64,000 bases of DNA from Trichonephila clavipes (taxonomy: Eukaryota): the NCBI GenBank assembly GCA_019973935.1, contig BMAU01016994.1, forward strand, positions 1,008,762 to 1,072,761. Reading direction: 5' to 3'. The position numbers and the translations under genes are program-made. A model generated the notes under the pieces. The model was not told where the DNA came from, did not search any database, and saw only the letters and a program-made list of their open reading frames with translations. Within the stretch, counting starts at the first letter, position 1, and each line of letters begins with the position of its first letter. Shown piece after piece: positions 49,212 through 61,397 of the stretch.

Positions 49212-51420
49212 ACCCCACACACACACTTAGAAGAATATTTCTTAAAATAATATTTAAAGTATATCAACAATAGATCAATATAAAGGAAATTGAAAAAAGT
49301 ATTGCATTTATTAAAACATTTTTAATCTACATTTAATAATCTACTCATTAATAATATTAATCTGTGATCCAAGTGTTACCTACCCATGCATTATGCTTAG
49401 TAACTGGGATGTGCTTGCATTTTTTTCATTTATACTGTCAAAGTCTAGGTCTATTGAAAATAACTGCAATAACATTATATATTTGGAGTTTCATTTGTTT
49501 CTATGCTTTTTGTTTGTAGTCAATCATGTTGCAAAATACTTTTCACTTATATATTGCAATGACAGTAAAATGTTTATGGCTATGTGAGAAATACTGTGTA
49601 TTTTGCATGAGAGAGAGAATTTGCAACATAAAATTTAGGATCTGTTCTTGCTTAAATTTAGATTTTTAACATCAAATTTGTTGTTATATTGTAGGTGTTT
49701 TTCCACAAATATAAAAAGGTGTATTTTCGTTTAGAAAACTATTAGTTTTGCAAAACAATACTAACGAGTATAAAATTATCTCGTAGAATTCAGAATAGTA
49801 AGCAATAAAATATTCACAATCTAGTAAGTAATGTATGTATAAAGATAAAAAGTTTCAATATTCTTTTATTATATTATAATAAAAGTTAAAAAAGTATTGC
49901 AAAATAAAGTTATGTATGAATAAAATTTTCAGTTTCTTAATGACAGGGATGAACTTTAAATTCGTGTGAGTGTATAAACATATTAAAGAACGTGAATCTA
50001 TTTTGCATACTCTTTTATAAGTTTCTTTTTGATTTTTTTTTATTGTGGAACCTCTGGGTATGCCTCATGGAACCCCAGGGTTATGTCTGCGATATATAAT
50101 AAGGCTTCACAACCTGTGGTATATGTATGTCCAGGGATACATGAAATGATCTCAGGAGGTGCATGGGAAAAAAAGGTGTAATGGTCAACATTGGTGGATA
50201 GACTGAACATAAGAGAAAATATCTGTTGTTATTCTATATATCTTAAATGGATCTTGATAGATGAGGAGTTGTGACATTATAATTCTTATTTTTCATATGT
50301 AATACAGGTAATACACTTTCATTCATATGAAATCAGGATTTCCTGTTAAAACGAACCACTAATACTTTTTTTTTACTTGTGTATGGACATCATTTCATGA
50401 ATATTTTTTTGTGGTGAAATAACTCGTAAATTACATAAGTAAAGTAAAAATTAAACATATTTGTCTTTTAATTATCGTATCACAGAATAACCAATTGTAT
50501 ATTCTTGTAGAATGTACTGTAATTTATTTATTGGTTGTACTGTAATGGACTTCACTAAAGTTGGTAATACTGCTTTGTCTGTATCTGTATTATTTTTGTC
50601 ATAATAGTTTTTAATAAGTTTAGCTTGCTCTTGAAGTAATAGTGCCGTAGTGTTATATATTTTAAATAGTTTAACTAAAAGTGTGTAATTACTAATGTAC
50701 ATTTATTACTAAATGGTGAAAATAAAAATATATTTGTATTGCAGAATTATTACTGTATCTAATTTTGGTAATTGTTCATGGCAGTCAATGATTCTATGTT
50801 GAGAGGTACATGAGTAAAACAAGTTGAGAAATGCTATTATAGTGTATAGTTCTTTATAATTCACACATTATATTTAAGTTATCAGTTGGAACAAATTTAT
50901 TTGAAATGTCATATAGTAATCAGAATTTATAATTATTTTAATGTAGATATTTGTTTTTAGTAGTACAGAAAAGTTTTCTGTATATTGACTTGTATTTTTA
51001 TACTAATTTTAACTTAATATTTTAGTTTCACTTTATTATGTATATAATCTGGTATGCATTATCATTGCTGGATTTTGATTTTTGGAAATTGAATGAGAAT
51101 TAAGAATTTTTCCTTTCTATTACTGTAAAAAGAATGATTTTCGGTCTTCAAAATGTTTGCAAGAAATGTAACTAATAAATTATTTTTGAATGTAAAATTA
51201 AATTTTTTAAATTGTGTAATTGAATAGTTCATGATCTTACTGTGTCACCATTGATAGTCAATGTAATGAATAGATGTCGTATATGAATTATCTAAGTGTA
51301 CATATTTTTTCTCCACATATTCAGTGTAATATTTTTAATGTCTATTTTAGTAAATTATTTTAAATTTAATTTAGATTTGATGTGATAGCTTATCATATTT
51401 ATGATGAATTAAAAAAAAAG

Positions 51421-51693
51421 AGGGAAGCCTAGTGGCTGAGTGGTAAGTGTATCGCACTTCCACACCACAGGTCTGGGGTTCAAACCCCGAGCTGGGCAAG
51501 GTTGACTCAGCCTTTCATCCCTTCAGTAGGCTGATAAATGAGTGCCAAGCTTGCTTGGGAACTTAACACTGTGAGTTTCGCACCTGACCGGAACATCTGC
51601 TCATGCACCTCAGAGCCCAAGGTCGTGTATATTGAGTTGGTCACAGTAGGCCTTGGCCCTCATGGGCTGTCGTGCCACTGAGTTAAGTTAAAA
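51421..51693 (+). mobile_element. SINE2 copy
   Basis: GCCTAGTGGCTGAGTGGTAAG...GGTTCAAACCCC tRNA-like head plus conserved body. Preceded by an A-rich stretch. Confidence 0.65.
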
Positions 51694-52102
51694 AAAGAAG
51701 TATTGAAATAAGATATTAATTAAAGAGAGAGGGGTTATTTTGTATTATAATTTTTTTTATCTTATGGGTGATAATATGTGTGATTAATTACCGTAAAATC
51801 CGAGGTATAGTGCACAATGGTGTATAACGCACATCCTCTTTTTTACGAAGAAACCTGAAGTATATGTGTGCATTGATCTTATATTTTGAAGTCATTTATT
51901 CGAGGTATTACCCTAAGCATTAGCAAAAATAGTATACTTCTAGATGAAAATAGTTTCACTTCATCATGTCATTTCTTTTGAATAAGCAGTATTTTGTTAT
52001 ATGTCGAATTTTGAATACTTGTAACTATTTTACACGCTTTAAAATGTTCTGTGTTTTCTATTAACATATTTGACAGTTTGATTTTTTCTCATAAATTTGC
52101 AG

Positions 52103-52166
52103 GACATTATGAGTCAGTTGGGTGAATTAAATAACATGTGGACTGATGTACAAAAAGACTTTATTG
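52103..52166 (+). CDS. host gene exon 4
   Basis: Acceptor TTTGCAG|GAC and donor TTG|GTATGT (DIMSQLGELNNMWTDVQKDFI). Confidence 0.6.
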
Positions 52167-55067
52167 GTATGTTTTTATTTTACAATTTCTTTTGAAATAT
52201 ATTGCAGTACTTTTTTAATTGTGAGAATATTGAATGTCAGAAAATCTTATATATTGTGTAATTTAGTATTTCTTTTTAAAAAAAATTGTCAAAATTTTAC
52301 ATTGGAATTTGCATTACAACAATTCTAACCTTTTTCTTTATAGTCTATATATACTATGTTTTGTAAAATTTTTTTACAAATTTACTAAATGTTTAATTTG
52401 ACTCTTTGTCAATTTTTCTGTGCAGTTTCTATTTTGATTTAGAATAAGTAATCCTCTGTCTTCACTCAAGTGACATTGCTAGCATGGAAAAATTTCTTAA
52501 ACAATATTTATTTTTAAAATTTAATCTTGTTTGATAAGTGTTTGAGACATGTTTTTAAGTAAATTACTATTGTAATATAAATTTTCTTTTTACAATTTTA
52601 TTTTTGCATGGAAGCTTGGACCTTAATTTAATTTCAAGTAACTTGTAAACTTAATCTTACTTTTAATTTATTGATTCAATAAATAAATGCTCAACAATAT
52701 TAGGGCACTTACTAGCTTGCATAACTAGCTTCTGAATCCCATCTTCTTTGAAGTCTGCCACCTGGTTTATTATTTATTTCAGCTTGATTGTTTTGATGTT
52801 GTTGCATCACTGATGCTAAGGTGCTGTTTCAAGTGCATGAACAAAATTAGTGTCATATGTCATCATTTGTTGTCACTTTGAGAAAAAATTTCCACAATCA
52901 AAACAATTTGTTTAAAAGCTTGTACACATGAGAACAGTTAAAGCATAACCAAAATGACTCATTTTGTGCAATTCATTTAGCCTTTTTAGAATCCATCTTT
53001 AGCATAAATGTTCTGTCATAATTTCAGAAAAAATACTTCTTGCATCTAGATAGATAGTTTAATCATGAGATAATTATGAAATTACTCTCTATGATCAAAA
53101 ATACCTGGGCACTTCTTGAAATAGTAGATTAATAGTATAAAAGAAGTTGGTTGAATTGACAATCAGGCTTTCACTGCTAGAAATGTACAATGGAAGGAAA
53201 ATGTGAGTGAAGGGATTTTGAACATGGTTAAGTGATCGGTTGTCACTGGTGTGGAAAGTGTTTAAGACATTGAAGAGATTTTGCCCTTCTACAATGATGT
53301 TATGAAGTGAAGTGACTGAGCAAAAATACAATCTGATGTATTGTGCTGCAAGTGAAATTTGTAGGAGTGGCATAATGGTTCTGGAATATTTTTTTATAGT
53401 TTGACATTGGTCCTTTGGTTGCTGTACAAGAACTCTTAACCCTTTATCTACTGCATTAGGATTTACTGCAGTTTTTTTCATGCAATACTTTTTTTTTAAT
53501 CACTAAATTGAAAATTAAGCAATATACATAAACAAAATATTCCACTTTGGGAAGTAGAATCCATTACAGCTAATTAATTAATTAAAGATAATCAACTGTA
53601 AAATTAATCATGTACACTTTTCACTTAAAATAAAGAGTCAAATCGTTTTCTAAGGTCTTCATTAACATTCAAAAGAAATAAGACACTTATCTTTTGACAT
53701 TAAGTATTTTTTCCGAAACAAAAATGACAATCATCGCAATCCACTGAAAATGTCAGCTGAAAATGCAATTTCTGCTCTAAAATACTCATCATAGAACCCA
53801 TGCTGCCATATATGTTGGAAGAGTGGATTTCAAAGAATATTCGTGCTAAGTATCGTCAGAGTATTCGTAAAAATAGTTATTCTATGTTTTAAAGTGAGTG
53901 GTACTTATATAAGTACCTTCAGCAAATAATGGCTTAATAGGTTTTGAAATAACATAGCATCTTTTTTTCGCATGCCTTGTCTACTCATTCAAGATTTAAA
54001 ATCCCTGTTTGATAAGATCATTATTAAAAGAACATTCAGGGTTGAGATGGAAGTCCATCTAGTCATTTTGGGAAATTCCATGCTATTTGCATTATGGCAA
54101 CAGTTAGGATTAGGTCTATTCCTGTCTCAACAAAACCATGTCCCCCCTTGTTCATGCTGCATGGCTTGTGCAGATGTGATTTACTGACATGCATGTTCAG
54201 GAATAAGACTAATCTATCCAAAACCTAGACCTAAATCCCATAAAGTGCCTGTGGGATGGCTGCAAGGTAATACCATGATATCCCAATTCAGTAGCAGAGC
54301 TGACCATTGTTCTGCCAGATTTGTATGCAATTCCTGCTACAATCTTAAAAAAAACTAGTGGATAAGTCTTCTCTAAAGATTGATATCACTTGGAGGTTGC
54401 TTGCAAAAGAGGGCCCATTCTCATGATCTTTTTATGTATCTATGGGTAACACTAAACACAAGTGTCCAGTTACTTTTGCTCATACAATATATATAGTGTA
54501 TACTACTTCACTAGGTCATCATTAATGATAAACTGTCCCCTACTTTGTTCTTCAGCCTACTCATTTGTTTGACTTGTCGCTCTGTAACCTATTACCTTAC
54601 AATTCCACTGTTGTCTCTATTTGTTTCATTAATCTGCCTATGATTTGTAGATCATTCATGTTTCTTCTATAAAATCAGTGACATCAGGTATATCACTATT
54701 GGGGAAAATACCAATAGTCTGAAGCTTTATAGGTGCTCATAAACATCAACACAAATAGTGTCAATATATGAAGATATTTAGTAAATCATAGTGCTTCAAT
54801 GGTTCTATTTCAAAATGGTGTTCAACATGCCTCATATTATTTTTTAGTAAAGAAATTTGTGAACTAATTAATTTGTTTTAGCGGATCGTATATTTTTTCT
54901 ATGTATGGTATGCATGCAACTCGTGACACTCATGTACTAAAAATTATGATTTTTTTTATCAAGAGTATTTCCTGTTTTGAAAAATAATAAAATGCATTAT
55001 AAAATTTGTATAACTTACATTAAAAGTTATGTAACTGAGAAGGATTATTATTTCACCATTTTTATAG

Positions 55068-55147
55068 AGCACCTGAAAACTTTCAAGAATCATTTTGAGT
55101 TGATTTTGGAAGGTGAAAAGCAATTCGACATTGCACAGAATCAATTG
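55068..55147 (+). CDS. host gene exon 5
   Basis: Acceptor TTTTATAG|AGC and donor TTG|GTTTGT. Restores the frame between exons 4 and 6 (EHLKTFKNHFELILEGEKQFDIAQNQL). Confidence 0.6.
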
Positions 55148-55505
55148 GTTTGTATTTAATCATATTTTACTTTTATATTATGATGAACTTGAAAACTACG
55201 TAGTAGTAATGGTTTTTTGTAATTTTTACTATTGAAATATTCCTTAGTAACAAATGAATGTAATGACATCCATCATATAATATTAAAAGAAGTTTCTAAG
55301 TTTTGCAAATTATATGTCATTTGGGGTTTATATACATTTAAATATTGAAATATTTGAGTTATTTTATTCATGCTGCAAATATTTTTTAAGTTAAAAATAT
55401 TGTTGTAATTACTGAATTTTAAAGCAGGATTAAATAGTAATAAACATGAAGGCTTAGCTAAAAAATTATAGGCAAAAATTTGTATTTTGTATTTTAAATT
55501 TTTAG

Positions 55506-55562
55506 GCAAGCTGTGAGCTCAATGAACAAAGGATACGTAAAGAATTGAAAAGAGCTTCAAAG
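55506..55562 (+). CDS. host gene exon 6
   Basis: Acceptor TTTTTAG|GCA and donor AAG|GTATGG (ASCELNEQRIRKELKRASK). Confidence 0.6.
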
Positions 55563-57067
55563 GTATGGAAATTTTGTATCACAGTAGTTCGTTAATTATA
55601 TAATTAGATAATGATTAGTAATAAAACACATGTAATATATTTATCAAGTTGTAATTTTTATATATATATACACCTTGTTTTAGAGAATTGAGTATTATAA
55701 ACTGTATTTTAAATTTTTTTTTAAAAGAACGGCTTTTAGATACACTTTTATGGATGCAATTAAGACCAGTTAAATGTTAAATATTGTTCAAGTTAAGAGG
55801 ACACAGTACGATTCAATTGACAAAAATTGGTCAAAAACTCAAATCTAACTTTTTTAGCCTAAATTATTCTCTATATACTTTTTTATAACCTCACAAAATT
55901 TGAAAGCTCTAAACTTAAAAAATGCAGAAGTATAACTTTTACGTTCATTTTTATTCCCATCCCTATGGCAAATCAAAACTTTAAAGTTACTTATCTCAGA
56001 AAGATAAAATAACTGGTTTATCTTCATTTAAAATGCTAAGGATTTTTTTCTATTGTGCCTATTGCTTTGAATTTTTTTTAACCTATTGCTAATAGAACAT
56101 GTAACAAAAGTTAGTATGCATTTTTGAATCCAAGCAATACTTATTTTTTTAAAAAAATAATTGAACTCTGAATTAATACATTTTTAAGGAATTTTCAATA
56201 AGCATTCATAAAAAGAAGTATTGTACAATACCAATCATGTTATCGCAAAATCTATACCAACTTTTGTTACACATAGTTAGATGTACTTGTAAATCACATT
56301 TCATGTGTTAATGAAAGTTTTGTAGGAGGAGTAGCATTTAAAAATCACTTCACAAATTTTTTCTTAAAAAATTAAATGAAAATGAAATTATGAAATGAGT
56401 TATGAAATTTTGAGCACAAAATCTGTTTCACATCATACATGAGACAACCAAAAAATTTTGAAAATCCTTTAATTAAAAATTTTTTGTGTAAATTGTACCA
56501 TGTCCCCTTAAAGAAGATACTACTTTACATTAATCATTTCAAATTATTTGCATCTTAATATTATTTAAAGTTAATTATTATTAAAGGTCAAGTAATACTG
56601 TATATTATTCTCCATGAAGTTATTTTTTTAAAGGTATGCATTTTAGAGTATTATAAATTAATAACTAAACACATTAGTCATCTACAATATAGTAAGGCAA
56701 CTTGTCAACCTGGCTTAAATACAGTTCTAACTATAACTGTATTAAATATTATTATTATAATTGGTAATTATATTGTGTGTGTGTTCTTAGTTTAAAGTAT
56801 GTAAATTGGGTAGTTGTTGAAGATGGGGAAAAAGAGCTGTAATCACATTAGTTATTGATTAGCGGTATCATACTTGTTTTATTTTGAATTTGAGATACCT
56901 TTAGTTAATTAGTAAAAAGTGAAGTAAAAATAACAAAGTAAAATAAAAATAATAAATCATTGCAATTATAGTAATATTATTTGTTATGTATTTTCAGTTA
57001 TTTTGTATTGATAAAAACAATTTTTTTTTAACATGTTACAATTTTTTGCCTTTACAATTATTTTTAG

Positions 57068-57149
57068 AAAGCAACCGAGGAAGAAATAAATAACTTGGAA
57101 ATAAAGTTATCTCAAGCTGAAAGAGCTAAATATTTAGCTCAATTGGAAG
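57068..57149 (+). CDS. host gene exon 7
   Basis: Acceptor TTTTTAG|AAA and donor GAAG|GTGTG (KATEEEINNLEIKLSQAERAKYLAQLE). Confidence 0.6.
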
Positions 57150-58355
57150 GTGTGTTTCATAAATGTCTTTGTGTTTTAATTATATTTATATCATTCTATT
57201 CATATTTAAGGTGCCAACATTTTGAATGTTTGCGTATTTTTTTTTAATAATATATATATACTGCCAACTGCAAGGTATCTCATTGTAAGTGTTACAGGTT
57301 TTGATTGATTGCAATTTGTCTCAAAATAAGTTTATAGCTTTTAATATAGGAATTATTTTAAAGGATGGGTTTTTTTAATATAAATATCACTTTTATTATC
57401 AAAATAATCACTTTGATAATTTGATTGTAATATTTTTACATATTGTGTGTGTATTACAAAATTATGATGTTTTTATTGTTGTGCCAGTGTTTGATGAGCT
57501 TTGAAGCAAGAATTGAAGTAGAGAGATAACTAACTGGCTTTTGGGGGCATACTGGACAAAAATGTTTCACTGTATCAATTTTGCTTTATACTCATGTGAC
57601 ATAGTTTTTCAGGCTTTGGTATTTTTATATGTGGCATTTACTGCCGTGTCTTAACAAAAATATTTCTTTGTATCTGAAAAATTTCATTGAAAGGCGAAAA
57701 AAATGTCCAGAGCTATTTCATTAGTAGTATTCAGCGCAGAAATTTTATTCAGTGATACCTGCTACAAGTTTTTTTTTTATTTTCATTTTCAAAAGATATT
57801 TCAATAATATATCTTGTGACATATTATTAGATTTTGTGCAATTCCATGTTTTCTTTGAAATAAAATCTTGGCACACAAGGCAAGACGATCTAAATTTGCC
57901 TGGAATTGAATGGGTTAATTAAGTTCTCATTTTAAATTGTATGATAGGTTTTTTTTTTGTTTTGTTTTTTCAATAATTTTTTTTATTCCCTATATATATA
58001 TATAATTTATGGAAACTATTTGTAATGCATTTAGAATTCTGATTCTAATTTCTTAAAATAAATTATAAAACATTAGGACTTTTGTAGAACTAGAACTGTT
58101 ATTTTTCAAGAAAAGTGATATTTTATCAACTTTTAAAATGTAATATTTGTGAAATAATGAACATTAAGCATTTTAAATTATAATTAAAATATTGATTATT
58201 AAAATAACTTAGATTAGTTCCTTGTTTCTAAAATTTTTAACTGAGTTTAATTTTTTAAATAATTTCTGTTATTAATTTCAAAATTTAGTTTGATTTTTAT
58301 TTTAAACAATGTGTTTGTATTAATAAACATTTCTAATTTACTGTTTTAATATCAG

Positions 58356-58480
58356 TTGTAGAATTGTCTCATAAAAATGAAGCTATTAAGGTTGTTCGAC
58401 TGAAGGAAGGTTTGCTAAAACTCTCTGAAGCTTATGTGGAGCTTGCAAATAAATGTGCAATAATTTTTGAAGCACAGCGA
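58356..58480 (+). CDS. host gene exon 8
   Basis: Acceptor ATCAG|TTG and donor CGA|GTAAGT (VVELSHKNEAIKVVRLKEGLLKLSEAYVELANKCAIIFEAQR). Confidence 0.6.
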
Positions 58481-59597
58481 GTAAGTTACAAATCACAAAT
58501 TTACTGTTACAAAAATAATTTTATGATAATTTACATTTATGTGTAAATTACTCTTAAATTAGTTAATATTTTATATTTTTATGATAGATAATTATTTGAT
58601 AATTATTTACAGCATTAAAAGAAACATAAGAACTTGTAAGACTTGAAATATTCTTCATAAATTCAAATATGAAAGAATGTTTTTCTTCTCATTAATTTTT
58701 TTGTTGACTAATTAGAATTAAATGTGGTTTACATATACAACATAATTTATAATAAAATTAAAGAAATATATTTTTTGAAAATTAAAAATATTTAAAAAAA
58801 AGTTCAAAGCTAATCTGTTGTTGTTTTACTCAAAATTTCCCTCAAAAATCACTGAAAAAGAAACAGTATTGTATTCATATTAATTCATGACATTTTAGTC
58901 CATTCTATATTCATTGTCTTTTATTGAATAAAATTTGTGAAATAGGTATAAATTAAGTGAATATTCTATTTCATATTTAATGCTTAAATATTATCCCTAA
59001 GCAGCTTTAAAAATAAACTTGACATTGATTTGTGGCTATATGGTATTTATTTAAATCTCATTGAAATTCCATTGTGTGATTTGTATTTATCATCTCCTAT
59101 TCTAAAATACAAATTAAAATATTGTAAAATGCATCCTGAAGAATACAAAGATAATAGTGTTACTGGTTATAAAACGAACAAACAAAAAAATCTCAGGGAA
59201 TGACTCAGTAAATTAGTATACAAGTAACCGAGTAAATAAAAATTTAAAAATATTTTATACTTTTTTTTTTTTGTAATTTAGTTACATTAACCTACATATA
59301 TATTTTTTGAAGATCATTATCCCAAATCCACCACTTGTTAAGAATATAATCTTTGAAATAATCATTAAATATAACTGTTTATTCCTTATATTTATCTTGG
59401 TAAATTTCTCAAAATTCATGTATTAATTTATTTTTAATTTAAACTTTGCGATGTGTATTTACACATGTGTAACTATTCATAATCTTCATACCTCATGTTT
59501 ATTAATAATTTATGTTTCTATTAAAAGATTGTGCTTTTTTTTTTCAAAAATAATTCTTGTAGCTATTAATTTTTGTAATGGAATATTTATTTTGCAG

Positions 59598-59658
59598 GAA
59601 GTATCTCATTATTTACCAGATGTTCACAGTCGAGATATGAATGAATTAAAGTATACTG
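59598..59658 (+). CDS. host gene exon 9
   Basis: Acceptor TTTTGCAG|GAA and donor CTG|GTGAGT (EVSHYLPDVHSRDMNELKYT). Confidence 0.6.
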
Positions 59659-60608
59659 GTGAGTATACTTTTATAAACTATGAAAGAAAATTATGGGATT
59701 GTTCAGATTCTCCAAAATAAATGAAATTGTTCACAAATATATGAGGAACATAGCTTAAGAAAGGTTTGACAGTACAACAAACCTTAATAAATTATGAAGT
59801 TTCCCAGGGAAATATCTTCATAATCTCAAATATCAATAACCAGTGATATTACAGAAATATTTATTATTACTGTGGATATTGAATCAGTCTCTTACATACT
59901 GAGGAGTAACTGCAGTAATCAAGGTCATCTTTTTTTTCTTCTTGTGTAGTAGGGCTGACCTACCTTAATCTGTCAAGGCTCAAAATCCTCACATTGGAAT
60001 GGTATGTTAGTTTGAAGAATAAACTGCCATTTCGGGTCTCATTTGACTGGGGTTTAGAATCGTAAGGTCTAATTTCAATAGCCTTTGTGTTGCTTCAGAA
60101 TGCAACATTAATATAATCAAATTAGAATATAATCTTTTAAAATACTCAAGCTTCTTTTATTTTGCTTCTTGCCATGTTTGTATTATTTTAAGTGTATGTT
60201 TAATCTTAGTTGCATCTCTCTCTCTTTTTTTAAAACCAGTCTTGCAGATTCAAATATTAGAGATAAGATTTTTGTTATGAAAGCAGTTCTCAACCCTTTA
60301 ATGGATTGTTTGCCTGTTAAAAATTTACTGAAGACAATAGAGTTAAAACGAGATAGAGAGAGAGAAGGAAAACTGTAGTATTTTACAGCATATGACACAA
60401 ATAAGTTCAATTTAATTTGCTATCCATACTTTTATTAATAAAATTTGATTAATGTTATTCTTCATTAGTTCTAGTATTCTGTTTTAGACCTTTTTTTTTT
60501 TAAAAAAAAATTAAGGATTTGTTTGAGTGGTAAATTTAAATATTAGTGTGTATAATAAAATTGGATGGTTAAAGGTATTAATTTTTTAAATATTACATTT
60601 ATTCTTAG

Positions 60609-60707
60609 GTTCTGGTGCTTGTAAACAAGCAGTTGCCAAAGCACGAGATAGAGTGCAACTGTATAAACGCCACAATTATCGCTTAGTACCTTCAAGCTCA
60701 ATCATAG
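60609..60707 (+). CDS. host gene exon 10
   Basis: Acceptor TTCTTAG|GTT and donor TAG|GTATAA (GSGACKQAVAKARDRVQLYKRHNYRLVPSSSII). Confidence 0.6.
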
Positions 60708-61098
60708 GTATAATTAGTTTTTAATATAGTTTTGAATATGAATTTTTTGTATGTGCTTTTAGTTTTTTTAAATTCTGTTTAAAAATTGAACTGAGTAAAT
60801 TTTCAATGAATTCAAACTAAAGAAAAAATTTAAAATGTTTTTAGTTGATTCACTTTTTTTTTAATTATATAAAAAGTCAAAAATATGTCCCTTATTATCT
60901 CCATATAACTTTTTAAATTTTAAAAAGAACTTGTTATCAGTATATTTAAGGCAGATTTATCCTTGACATTTTTTGCTAAAAGAATAAAATCTTAAAAACG
61001 TGTTTTTTCTCCCAATTAACCATTAACAGGTAGGGTAAGTTTGAGATTAATATTTAAACTAAATTTATTCCTCAAAACTGTTTTACTGTATTTACCAG

Positions 61099-61397
61099 AA
61101 GATCCTCCACCCCCTTATACACCAGGCTTCTACAATCCGGCTACTGGGCGGCCATATAATGAAGCCACTGATAACTGCCTGAACAGTCAGCCTCCTGTGA
61201 TTCAACGACAAAGAGCTGTTGCCACTGTTACCATCTCACCATCATGCCCACCTTATCCATCACCCTCACCTCCTCATTATAACATCTCAACTTCCATTGC
61301 TCCTGGTGCCAGGCAATCCAATGAAGTATATCGCAGTGGCAGTGGAAATAACTATGAAGATGAACTCTCTGGAGCTATGGGAGCTTCACGCATTTGA
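61099..61397 (+). CDS. host gene terminal coding exon; proline-rich tail with PPPY (WW-domain-binding type) motif; stop TGA
   Basis: Acceptor TATTTACCAG|AAG. ORF EDPPPPYTPGFYNPATGRPY...SPSCPPYPSPSPPHY...ends at 61397. AATAAA-like signals in the AT-rich 3' flank. Confidence 0.65.

Noticed and set aside
52103-55562. Direct splicing of exon 4 to the exon at 55506
   Set aside because: It gives an in-frame stop. The additional exon 55068-55147 (acceptor TTTTATAG, donor TTGGTTTGT) restores the frame and is preferred.
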